Shown: piece after piece, positions 10,408-21,107 of the stretch
Layout of the letters: each line of letters opens with the position of its first letter
Position numbering within the stretch: the stretch's first letter is position 1
NCBI RefSeq assembly: GCF_000002075.1
Contig: NW_004797652.1
Coordinates: 634,024-698,023, forward strand
Origin: Aplysia californica
Lineage: Eukaryota
DNA length: 64,000 nucleotides
Direction of reading: 5' to 3'
Notes under the pieces: generated by a model
What the model was told of the DNA's origin: nothing
The model's database searches: none
The model's input: only the letters and a program-made list of their open reading frames with translations
Position numbers and translations under genes: made by a program

Positions 10408-12322
10408 AAGTGGCTATTCTCACCCGCCCGGAAGTTCTCGCAAGATCTACTCCTCCCCTCTTCTCTCTCTCTCTGTCTCTTTCTGAATACTGTCTATCGG
10501 TGTGGACGATCAAATTGACCAAAACAAAGTTTTAAAATTATGTTAAAACACAAAAGTAAATTAATTTGGTTGTCTACAAAGATGCTACGGCTATTTAACT
10601 TTTCGAATCGAGCCGAACTACGCGGGTCGCCATTTTGTTTTGCCCAAAATTGGAAAGTGGCTATTCTCACCCGCCGGAAGTTCTCGCAAGATCAACTCCT
10701 TCCCTCTTCTCTCTCTCTCTCTGTCTCTTTCTGAATGGAAGTGGCTATTCTCATCCGGGGTGAGAATAGAAAAACGATCTACCTCTCACCCCGAGTGAGA
10801 CTTGCCAGCGTAGGCTATTCTCACCCGGTGCGAAACAAGACCTGCTTTTCCTCATTTTGGAATACTGTCTATCGGTGTGGATGATCAAATTGATAAAAGC
10901 CAAGAAAAAATTACGTTATAGCACAAAAGTAAGTCTAATTGATCGTCTTCAAAGATGCTATGGCTATTTCACTGTTCGAATCGAGCCGAACTACGCGGGT
11001 CGCCATTTTGTTTTGCCCGGAAGTTCTCACAAGATCTACTCCTCCCCTCTCTCTCTCTCTGTCTCTTTCTGAATACTGTCTATCGGTGTTGTAGTGTCCT
11101 AGATACGGTTATCACACCAAGTACGGTATTAGTATTTCAAGTCGGTGTTACCCGCCTGTGTGTTATGCAATGTAGGTCAATTAAACAAAGAAGTCTCAGA
11201 ACACCCGTTCATGGATCTCGCATGTGTTTTTCTTATTGTGCTAGCCCCTTCAACATAACAGGTGTGGACGATCAAATTGACCAATACAAAGTTAAAAAAT
11301 TATGTTAAAACACAATTTAAAAGTAAATTAATTTGGTTGTCTACAAAGATGCTACGGCTATTTAACTTTTCGAATCGAGCAGAACTACGCGGGTCGCCAT
11401 TTTGTTTTGACCGGAAGTTCTCACACTACTCCTCTCTCTGTCTCTTTCTCTCTCTCTCTCTCCACTGCCCACAGACAAAATTGTACGCTTTTAGTAGGCT
11501 ACAGTTGTAATGGAACGTTTGTACACGGCACAGAATTCTACAATTTTTCTGTTATCACAGTGTAGAATTCTGTGCTTTAGGGTGAACGCATAATTTGTTG
11601 GCCTAGATCTAGGCTTTAACAGTGAACGCGCACCGGGTGAGAATAGCCAAAAGACTAGCCTGCACTATTCTCATCCCGGGTGAGAATAGAGGTGGCCTTT
11701 CTGAATACTGTCTATCGGTGTGGACGATCAAATTGACCAAAACAAAGTTAAAAAATGATGTTAAAACACAAAAGTAAATTAATTTGGTTGTCTACAAAGA
11801 TGCTACGGCTATTTAACTTTTCGAATCGAGCCGAACTACGCGGGTCGCCATTTTGTTTTGCCCGGAAATTCTCGCGCTACTCCTCTCTCTCTTTCTCTCT
11901 CTCTCTCCACTGCCCACAGACAAAATTGTACGCTTTTAGTAGGCTACAGTTGTAATGGAACGTTTGTACACGGCACAGAATTCTACAATTTTTCTGTTAT
12001 CACAGTGTAGAATTCTGTGGTTTAGGGTGAACGCAAAATTTGGTGAACGCGCACCGGGTGAGAATAGCCACAAGACTCGCCTGCACTATTCTCACTCCGG
12101 GTGAGAATAGAGGTGGCCACAAAATTGTACGCTTTTAGTACGCTACAAGTACAGTTGTAATGGAACGTTTGTTCACAGCACAGAATTCTACAATTTTTCT
12201 GTTATCACAGTGTAGAATTCTGTGGTTTAGGGTGAACGCAAAATTTGTTGGCCTAGATCTAGGCTATAACGGTGAACGCGCACCGGGTGAGAATAGCCAA
12301 AAGACTTGCCTGAGAGGTGGCC
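10408..12322. repeat. Tandem array of a ~450-bp MITE-derived unit
   Basis: Unit start GAATACTGTCTATCGGTGT at ~10484, 10860, 11071 and 11703. Recurring CTATTCTCACCCG/CGGGTGAGAATAG inverted motifs and a 14-bp hairpin CACAGAATTCTACA..TGTAGAATTCTGTG. Confidence 0.85.
11090..11260 (+). mobile_element. Solo LTR (171 bp) of the Mag-clade Ty3/Gypsy family
   Basis: TG...CA termini; matches LTR 18486-18656; 5-bp TSD GGTGT at 11085-11089 and 11261-11265. Confidence 0.95.
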
Positions 12323-12920
12323 TTAAGTACTGCTAGCCTCTTCCAATTTAAAAACGAAAGATCTCACTTACTAACCAACTACCGGTTAAAACCAGCAGTT
12401 TCTCCGGTGCGCAGTCACTCTCATTCAGTGCTAAGCCTAAACAGTCTTCATTGTTAAATATTGTGAAGCCTCCAGGCTCCTGCACCAGCTGTGATCTTTT
12501 CCGTCGGTGAAAACATTGCAAACCTCTGTGGGCCTGCCAGGTCATCTTTGTTGTTCGGTCTAATCTATTTTAAATCAATTATCGTTCACTCAAACTACTT
12601 AATCATGCCGCTTGCTGAGAAAGAGAAGTTTTGTCTAATGATTAACACATTTTTAATTAAATAAACTTATTACATAGAAATATTCAATTTCTGAATGAAA
12701 AACAACTTACATTCTTCCACTTGATACAGAGATAGGTAGACAAGCTAAAATATTACAGGATCTTCTCCCCCCCTTTGGGGGGCAAAAAATTTCTCTTTTT
12801 TTTACCCCCAGGGCCCCCCCCCCGAAACCTATAGAGGGGAAAACAAACTCTTTTTACCCCCTCCGCGCGCGCCGGTCCAGGGGTTATCCCTCCCATTATA
12901 TTTTTTTTTCCCTCTTTTTT

Positions 12921-12952
<32 letters not shown>

Positions 12953-13731
12953 AGTCATCAGAAATAATGCGTGTTGTCCCCAAAAAAGGCCCGAGTTTAT
13001 GAAAGATGAAAGCATACTTTTGCACCAGGCTTCTCCATCTCAAAGTAGCCCACCTCCAATTTACATGCATAGAATATGACTGGATCTAGAGCAAAATTAA
13101 ATGCTAATTTTAATATTATGTGAAATTTTATGTTAACAACACAAAAATTAATGTTTTTGGACCACACTCTAGAGCTAGTAGGCTATGGTAAAGTGCAGCC
13201 CGTATACAGCATCACATAATATATTTAATTCATTATGTAGGCTTAGAACGAAATAATAAAACAAGTCCTCGAACTTAAAGTTCATGTAGGCCACAGAATT
13301 CTGCACTAAGTGTAGAATTCTGTGATGTAGGCCAAGGAGATTATGGAGGATGCTCTGTGGGCGGCACCGCACGTCTGATAGCCCTCTCTCGCGGCGGAAC
13401 TGTGGGCTACCTGCTCTGCGCCATTGCCCGACTGAGAGCTCCAACACAGTGCGTCCAGCATCAGACCAGCAACAGCACAGCACAGCAACAGCAAAACGAC
13501 GGTTCAAAATTGTAGGTAACATAGGGCGAAAACATAGAGAACGCCGGTTTCGGAGACTGACTCAGTAAGCGCCGATAGGTATAAAAATTCCCTTCCAACT
13601 TGCCCCACATAGATCTGGCCGANNNNNNNNNNNNNNNNNNNNNNNNNNNNNNNNNNNNNNNNNNNNNNNNNNNNNNNNNNNNNNNNNNNNNNNNNNNNNN
13701 NNNNNNNNNNNNNNNNNNNNNNCATAACAAG

Positions 13732-13744
13732 TGGCGACGAGGGT
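13732..13744 (+). other. Primer binding site complementary to the tRNA-Ser(GCU) 3' end
   Basis: TGGCGACGAGGGT lies 2 nt after the LTR end; tRNA-Ser(GCU) ends ...CCTCGTCGCCA. Confidence 0.8.
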
Positions 13745-13820
13745 AAAACAAACATAACTTACACCTTACAATAGTGCAAAATTGTTTGGAGGTAAGTGAC
13801 AATAATTGACAATTATCAAA

Positions 13821-14405
13821 ATGACCTCAGCGGCAATTAGCCTGCCTTCCTTCGATCGTTTCGTCGTACACGGTGGTGAAGGTACCACAGGCACGAGGTG
13901 GCAGAAATGGCTCTCCCGGTTCAAGTTATTGCTGACAGCAATTGGCGTCAGCGACGCCGCGAGAAAGAAAGCGTTACTACTGCATTACGCTGGTGAAGAA
14001 GTTTTCGATATATACGAAACATTCTCAGCTGCACAAAAAGGATCTGACACTGAAGCAGGATACAACATACTCTGCCAGTCCCTCACAACGCATTTTGCCC
14101 CTCAGAAAAATATTGATTATGAAACATTCAAGTTCCGACAGGCGAGACAAGAAGCTGGCGAGAACATAGATTCTTTCTGCACCAGACTAAGAAAGCTAGC
14201 CGCCACATGCGATTTTCAAGACTCAGACAGAGAACTAAAATCTCAAATATTACAGGGCTGTACATCGCAACGCCTGCGCAGACGTGCTCTGCGAGATGAC
14301 CTCGATTTACAAAACCTGCTCAAAGCAGCAAGGGCTCTCGAGATATCAGATGAACAAGCACAGGAAATTGAAGCGGATAGAAAGCCTGCCTACTACTGTC
14401 TATAA
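13821..14405 (+). CDS. gag: Gag N-terminal/capsid part (frame 1 of a broken gag-pol)
   Basis: ATG at 13821; motifs RWQKWLSRF, KKALLLHYAG, FKFRQARQEAGENIDSFCTRLRKLAATCDF, LRRRAL. Confidence 0.88.
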   Translation: MTSAAISLPSFDRFVVHGGEGTTGTRWQKWLSRFKLLLTAIGVSDAARKKALLLHYAGEEVFDIYETFSAAQKGSDTEAGYNILCQSLTTHFAPQKNIDYETFKFRQARQEAGENIDSFCTRLRKLAATCDFQDSDRELKSQILQGCTSQRLRRRALRDDLDLQNLLKAARALEISDEQAQEIEADRKPAYYCL

Positions 14406-17400
14406 TATCAGCAAGCAGCACGCAGCAAAAGGGAAAGCTTCAAGATTCCCATCCGCCACACATCGCCTGTACCCCCCATCTCAGCCATCACATCGTCGCT
14501 ATCAACAAACGCATGAGAACAGACCTTGTGGATGGTGCGGAGGATTACGACATCCTCGTGATAGATGTCCAGCAAAGGACAAGACCTGCAAGACGTGTTC
14601 TAAACTTGGTCATTTCTCTAAAGTTTGTAGATCAGGTAACAAACCTTCTACACACCGTCGACACAGCACAGCACATGTGAAACATGTCACCAGCAACCTA
14701 AATGAAAGCAGTGACACCTCAGAGGAAGACTACGTTTTCGGTGTCAAAACCAACCAGAAGACTCCCCAAGTGAACTTAGATCTCTCAGGAGAGAGCATCC
14801 CTTTTCTAATTGACACTGGAGCATCTGTAAACATTCTAAATGAGCAATCCTACAAGAGCCTTAGCCATACACACAAGCTGACCCCCTCATCTACACGTCT
14901 CTTTGCATACGGCAGTAACAAACCACTGCAAGTCATTGGACAATTCGAGTCCACCTTAAAATACAAGAAACACCCCGTGCAAGCAACCTTCCATGTGGTT
15001 CGTTCACAAAAATCAACGAAATGTGGCAATCTTTTAAGTGCAAAAACAGCAGAAGACATGGAACTTGTAAATTTCGCATTCAGTGCGACAACCACACCTA
15101 CTCATTCTTTAACAAACAGTCTCTGCAGTGAATCCCCAGAGCTATTTAAAGGTCTCGGCAAATTAAAGGGCATCAAGGTCACACTGCATCAGGACCCGTC
15201 AGTCCAACCTGTCGCCCAACCACATCGCCGAATACCCTTTCACCTCAGAAAGAGAGTGGAGGAAGAGATCCAACGCCTAGAGCAGCTCGACATTATCGAG
15301 AAAGTGGATGGTCCGACACCATGGATTTCTCCCATTGTCGTGGTGCCCAAACCCAAAAAACCTGGTGAAATTCGACTCTGTGTGGACATGCGTGCTCCCA
15401 ACAAGGCAATCAAGAGAACACGCCATATCATGCCCACACTAGATGACATTCTGATGCGTTTAAATCAAGCCAAATGGTTCACCAAGCTTGACCTCAACCA
15501 AGGCTATCATCAACTGGAGCTTGATCAAGAATCAAGAAACATAACTACATTTTCAACGCATATTGGCCTTCGTCGATACAAGCGACTGAATTTCGGTGTC
15601 ACAAGCGCTGCAGAAATATTTCAGAACCACATTTCAGAAGTTCTCTCCGACATCAACAACTGCCTCAACACCAGTGACGACATCCTGGTCTACGGTAAAA
15701 CGCAACAAGAACACGACGACTCTTTGAAGAAAGTCTTTGAGCGCCTGAAGGAGAAAAACCTCACACTGAACAAACAAAAATGCGAGTTCAATAAAAACTC
15801 CATTGAATTTTATGGATTTATCTTTGGAGGAGACGGCGTCTCTCCAGATCCCAAGAAAATCAAAGCAGTCCACGAAATGCCGGCACCAACGAATCAAAAG
15901 GAAGTTCGCAGCTTCCTAGGCATGACTAACTACGTCTCTCGGTTCATCAAGGACTATGCTGACCTCACAAAACCACTCAGAGACCTAACACGCAAAAATA
16001 CACCCTGGTCGTGGTCCGAAGAACACCAGAAATCGTTCAACACACTCAAAGACATGATCACCTGTGACAAAGTCATGACCTACTTTGACCCCAATCTCCT
16101 CACTGAGATCACCGTTGATGCAAGTCCATTTGGACTTGGCTGCATTCTCTCACAGCGTGACAACAACAACGTTCACATAGTGGCATACGCAAGTCGTGCT
16201 TTGACTGATGTCGAGTCACGATACTCTCAAACCGAGCGAGAAGCTCTTGCCGTCGTCTGGGCGTGTGAACATTTCAACCTGTACTTACTTGGTCAACACT
16301 TCACAGTAATCTCTGACCACAAACCCCTTGAAGGAATCTTCAACAGCACAACATCCAGAACCTCAGCAAGAATTGAACGATGGAATCTCAGACTCCAACC
16401 TTACGACTTCACCCTACGCTACCAGCCAGGAGCGAATAATCCAGCTGACTTCCTCAGCAGACACCCTCATGAGAAAAACAACGTGACCTCCAGTCATATG
16501 GCTAAAATCGCAGACGACTACGTCAACTTCATGGCCGGTCATTCAGTCCCTAAAGCCATGACTCTGGAAGAAATTGCCAGCGCATCAGAAAGCGACCCAA
16601 CACTCCAAGCAGTCATCAAATCTGTTCAAACAGATCATTGGCACACGCCGCCTGAAATCACTGTAGATGCTGCCACTTACCAAGTCTTCAAAACTGTTCG
16701 TGAAGAACTCTCTGTTCACAAAGACGGAACAATTTTACTGCGTGGCACACAAATCGTTATCCCTAGATCATTGCAACAGCATGTCATCAACATTGCTCAT
16801 GAAGGACATCAAGGCATCGTTAAGACTAAACAACTCCTGCGTGAAAAGGTTTGGTTTCCCCACATTGATCGTCGAGTGGAGAACACTGTCAAATCATGTC
16901 TAGCATGCCTGTCAACAATTCCAGAACACCATTCTGAACCACAAAGAATGACTCCTTTGCCAACGAAACTTTGGTCTGAAGTTAGTATCGACTTCTGTGG
17001 ACCATTCCCTTCTAGTGACTATCTACTAGTTGTCATAGATGACTACTCACGTTTCCCAGAAGTAGAAATCCTGTCATCTACCAGTGCAAGAGCCACAATC
17101 CCCAAACTTGACTCCATCTTCGCTCGTCATGGTGTCCCACACACCGTCAAGTCTGACAATGGTCCACCCTTCTCCAGCTACGAATTCAAACAGTTTGCTT
17201 CGCAGCTAGGATGTAAACACCGCAGAATAACTCCTCTCTGGCCCCAAGCCAATGGTGGTGTTGAAAGATTCATGCGAATGCTCAAGAAAACAGTGCAGTC
17301 TGCACACATTGAAGGCAAGCCTTGGAAACAAGAACTATATCACTTTTTGAGGAATTACCGAGCTACCCCCCACATCAGCACTGGTGTAAGCCCAGCTGAA

Positions 17401-17931
17401 GCTCTGTTCAAACGCAACATCAGAGTGAAACTACCTCAGATAGATTCACTCATGAAACCACCAACGACTGACAATGACATTCGTCAACATGACACCAACA
17501 AAAAGGAGGCAGCAAAACGGTACGCTGACGATCGTCGACATGCCCGAAATTCCGACATACAAGTAGGAGACACTGTCCTCGCTCGTCAACCCTACAAAAA
17601 CAAACTGTCATCGTTCTATGACCATGATCCGTACCAAGTAACCTCAAAGAAAGGTCCAATGGTCACCGCCAGTCGCAATGGCAAAAACATGACAAGAAAC
17701 ACTTCATTCTTCAAAAGAGTGCCTGATACTCTGAAATCGTCCAACCCTACAAACTCAACAGAGGAAGAAGAGGAGGATGAGGACAATGAAGCTTCGAATG
17801 AAACAGCAGACAATCAAAACCCAACTACTACCAATGAACCAATCGCGACTGAACGTCCACAACGTCACCGTAAGCGTCCTGGATACCTAAAAGACTATGT
17901 GACTAACTCAAATGAACATTCGTCAAGCTGA
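14284..17931 (+). CDS. pol: Gag zinc knuckles plus Pol (protease, RT, RNase H, integrase); homologous frame begins ~14380
   Basis: CX2CX4HX4C knuckles, LIDTGAS, LCVDMRAPN..SDDILVYG, VDASPFGLG..EREALAVVW, HEGH..CLAC, IDFCGP..SDNGPPF..NGGVER. Confidence 0.95.
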   Translation: MLCEMTSIYKTCSKQQGLSRYQMNKHRKLKRIESLPTTVYNISKQHAAKGKASRFPSATHRLYPPSQPSHRRYQQTHENRPCGWCGGLRHPRDRCPAKDKTCKTCSKLGHFSKVCRSGNKPSTHRRHSTAHVKHVTSNLNESSDTSEEDYVFGVKTNQKTPQVNLDLSGESIPFLIDTGASVNILNEQSYKSLSHTHKLTPSSTRLFAYGSNKPLQVIGQFESTLKYKKHPVQATFHVVRSQKSTKCGNLLSAKTAEDMELVNFAFSATTTPTHSLTNSLCSESPELFKGLGKLKGIKVTLHQDPSVQPVAQPHRRIPFHLRKRVEEEIQRLEQLDIIEKVDGPTPWISPIVVVPKPKKPGEIRLCVDMRAPNKAIKRTRHIMPTLDDILMRLNQAKWFTKLDLNQGYHQLELDQESRNITTFSTHIGLRRYKRLNFGVTSAAEIFQNHISEVLSDINNCLNTSDDILVYGKTQQEHDDSLKKVFERLKEKNLTLNKQKCEFNKNSIEFYGFIFGGDGVSPDPKKIKAVHEMPAPTNQKEVRSFLGMTNYVSRFIKDYADLTKPLRDLTRKNTPWSWSEEHQKSFNTLKDMITCDKVMTYFDPNLLTEITVDASPFGLGCILSQRDNNNVHIVAYASRALTDVESRYSQTEREALAVVWACEHFNLYLLGQHFTVISDHKPLEGIFNSTTSRTSARIERWNLRLQPYDFTLRYQPGANNPADFLSRHPHEKNNVTSSHMAKIADDYVNFMAGHSVPKAMTLEEIASASESDPTLQAVIKSVQTDHWHTPPEITVDAATYQVFKTVREELSVHKDGTILLRGTQIVIPRSLQQHVINIAHEGHQGIVKTKQLLREKVWFPHIDRRVENTVKSCLACLSTIPEHHSEPQRMTPLPTKLWSEVSIDFCGPFPSSDYLLVVIDDYSRFPEVEILSSTSARATIPKLDSIFARHGVPHTVKSDNGPPFSSYEFKQFASQLGCKHRRITPLWPQANGGVERFMRMLKKTVQSAHIEGKPWKQELYHFLRNYRATPHISTGVSPAEALFKRNIRVKLPQIDSLMKPPTTDNDIRQHDTNKKEAAKRYADDRRHARNSDIQVGDTVLARQPYKNKLSSFYDHDPYQVTSKKGPMVTASRNGKNMTRNTSFFKRVPDTLKSSNPTNSTEEEEEDEDNEASNETADNQNPTTTNEPIATERPQRHRKRPGYLKDYVTNSNEHSSS

Positions 17932-18485
17932 AATTGAAACATGAACATTGTAATCGTGTTGAACAAATTTTATACTCATTAACTCAGTGTATTCTGTTTT
18001 GTCTCGTGTCCAGTGTACTCTGATTCTTCGCACAGTTTCGTATCTGTAGTGTAAGAAGAGAAATCTTGGTGCATATTATGTATCCGTTCCACGTTCACTC
18101 TATTAAGTTATTCATTTCTAATTTCAGACTAGCTGTCTAGATGTTTTGTTGTCAATCTCATCGTAAGTAAAATAATATAGAACTATACACCTAAATTAGC
18201 ATAAGATCAAGAGCTCGCTGAAATTCGTTATCGTGATGTTCCTATAGTATTTTTCATCACATGTACATCTACCTCTTGTTAAAGTTAAAACTAATTATTT
18301 TTAAAAAAACACCAAAAAACCCACTCTATGTCCATCGACTAACAAACGTTTTATTTTGCCTCTTTGATGTCCATCCCCTTCAATCAACTACTAAATAAAT
18401 AGCTAAAGAAGTTGCTGTACATCAGTTCTTCCACACTAAGGAAAAGATTATTTTAAACGAAGTAACCATTCAAGGCTAGGAGGGA

Positions 18486-18656
18486 TGTAGTGTCCTAGAT
18501 ACGGTTATCACACCAAGTACGGTATTAGTATTTCAAGTCGGTGTTACCCGCCTGTGTGTTATGCAATGTAGGTCAATTAAACAAAGAAGTCTCAGAACAC
18601 CCGTTCATGGATCTCGCATGTGTTTTTCTTATTGTGCTAGCCCCTTCAACATAACA
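18486..18656 (+). repeat. 3' LTR of copy 1
   Basis: TGTAGTG...CATAACA following the polypurine tract. Confidence 0.95.
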
Positions 18657-19357
18657 TCATTAACCCCGTAACCCTGAGCCGGGGAGCTCCGTCGGGCTGC
18701 TGAGTCACGCTAACTAAAGGTAACAGAATCGGGCGAAAAGTGACGCCATGTACGGTGCTCGCCGATCGCAACTGCATGAGGTCACATATGAAAGCGCGGG
18801 ACATTTGTCTGTCTGCATTTATGAAAGAGATGATGTGGAAATATTTATTGCCCTCAGCTGAAACCCGGTTCTTGTGGATTTTTATTTCAGAATGGGTTCT
18901 TAGGCATGCAAATTATAGAGAAAAGATTACGCTGCAAAAGTTGCAAAAGGTCGGGTAACTTTGTGCCCTGGACTACCCCGAAGAGTGATTTAATTATAGT
19001 ATGAAGCTGAAATTGAAACTGAAGCCTTCAACATACAGTAATTTTCGGTGATTTTGTAGTTTTGTTAATTAAACGTCCAAAGCTGAATGCCAGAGATCCT
19101 GAATTGCCAGGTAATTGTTGAGGAGTGAACTAAGCGTCAGACAGGAAGGAAACACTAGAGTAAAGCCAGAAAAATTAATTCAAGCAAAGAATGGCGCTTT
19201 ATCGGCAGTCCACCTCCCAATTATTATTCGCCCGTTTAGGTCCCATGAGGCAAGAGTNNNNNNNNNNNNNNNNNNNNNNNNNNNNNNNNNNNNNNNNNNN
19301 NNNNNNNNNNNNNNNNNNNNNNNNNNNNNNNNNNNNNNNNNNNNNNNNNNNNNNNNN

Positions 19358-20797
19358 GACGATCAAATTGACCAATACAAAGTTAAAAAATGATGTTAAA
19401 ACACAAAAGTAAATTAATTTGGTTGTCTACAAAGATGCTACGGCTATTTAACTTTTCGAATCGAGCAGAACTACGCGGGTCGCCATTTTGTTTTGACCGG
19501 AAGTTCTCACACTACTCCTCTCTCTGTCTCTTTCTCTCTCTCTCTCTCCACTGCCCACAGACAAAATTGTACGCTTTTAGTAGGCTACAGTTGTAATGGA
19601 ACGTTTGTACACGGCACAGAATTCTACAATTTTTCTGTTATCACAGTGTAGAATTCTGTGCTTTAGGGTGAACGCAAAATTTGTTGGCCTAGATCTAGGC
19701 TATAACAGTGAACGCGCACCGGGTGAGAATAGCCAAAAGACTAGCCTACACTATTCTCATCCCGGGTGAGAATAGAGGTGGCCTTTCTGAATACTGTCTA
19801 TCGGTGTGGGCGATCAAATTGACCAAAACAAAGTTTAAAAATGATGTTAAAACACAAAAGTAAATTAATTTGGTTGTCTACAAAGATGCTACGGCTATTT
19901 AACTTTTCGAATCGAGCCGAACTACGCGGGTCGCCATTTTGTTTTGCCCGGAAATTCTCGCGCTACTCCTCTCTCTCTTTCTCTCTCTCTCTCCACTGCC
20001 CACAGACAAAATTGTACGCTTTTAGTAGGCTACAGTTGTAATGGAACGTTTGTACACGGCACAGAATTCTACAATTTTTCTGTTATCACAGTGTAGAATT
20101 CTGTGGTTTAGGGTGAAAATTTGTTGGCCTAGATCTAGGCTATAACGGTGAACGCGCACCGGGTGAGAATAGCCAAAAGACTTGCCTGAGAGGTGGCCTT
20201 AAGTACTGCTAGCCTCTTCCAATTTAAAAACGAAAGATCTCACTTACTAACCAACTACCGGTTAAAACCAGCAGTTTCTCCGGTGCGCAGTCACTCTCAT
20301 TCAGTGCTAAGCCTAAACAGTCTTCATTGTTAAATATTGTGAAACCTCCAGGCTCCTGCACCAGCTGTGATCTTTACCGTCGGTGAAAACATTGCAAACC
20401 TCTGTGGGCCTGCCAGGTCATCTTTGTTGTTCGGTCTAATCCATTTTAAATCAATTATCGTTCACTCAAACTACTTAATCATGCCGCTTGCTGAGAAAGA
20501 GAAGTTTTGTCTAATGATTAACACATTTTTAATTAAATAAACTTATTACATAGAAATATTCAATATCTGAATGAAAAACAACTTACATTCTTCCACTTGA
20601 TACAAGATAGGTAGACAAGCTAAAATATTACAGGATCTTTCTCATCCTATTTGGTAGCTAAAATTTACTTCTTTTATACTGCTATGACTCCAACACGAAA
20701 CCTAATGAAGGGTAAACAAAACTTCATTAACCCATCAGCTGCTGCACGTTCATTGGTTATTCCTTTCATTTATTTTTGTTTCCTCTTTTTTTCTGCC

Positions 20798-20829
<32 letters not shown>

Positions 20830-21007
20830 AACAAAGGGGGGTGGCCCCAAAAAAAGGGCCGCGTTTTTAAAAAAAGAAAGGGAATTTTTGCCCCAGGGTT
20901 CTCCCTCCAAAAGGGGCCCCCCTCCAATTTACACGCAAAGAAAAGGAGTGGGGCCGAGGAAAAAAAAAGGGAAATTGTAAAATAAGGGGAAATTTTAGGG
21001 AAAACAA
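19358..21007 (+). repeat. Near-identical duplicate (probable allelic haplotig) of 11267-13140
   Basis: Colinear match with few SNPs and one ~190-bp indel; bounded by 100-N gaps. Confidence 0.85.
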
Positions 21008-21107
21008 NNNNNNNNNNNNNNNNNNNNNNNNNNNNNNNNNNNNNNNNNNNNNNNNNNNNNNNNNNNNNNNNNNNNNNNNNNNNNNNNNNNNNNNNNNNNN
21101 NNNNNNN

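Larger units (their letters stand above)
13723..18656 (+). mobile_element. Near-complete Ty3/Gypsy LTR retrotransposon, Mag/SURL-like clade
   Basis: End of 5' LTR (CATAACA, 13723-13729) after the gap, then PBS, gag-PR-RT-RH-IN, purine-rich tract AGGAGGGA, and 3' LTR 18486-18656. Confidence 0.95.

Noticed and set aside
12348-12560. Minus-strand exon-like ORF with a GTAAGT donor
   Set aside because: No recognisable domain and no partner exons.
12753-13070. G/K-rich ORF (also 20651-21125)
   Set aside because: Derived from phase-garbled homopolymer sequence.
15670-15690. RT active site SDD instead of YxDD as an inactivating change
   Set aside because: Non-tyrosine xDD variants are common in Mag-clade RTs.
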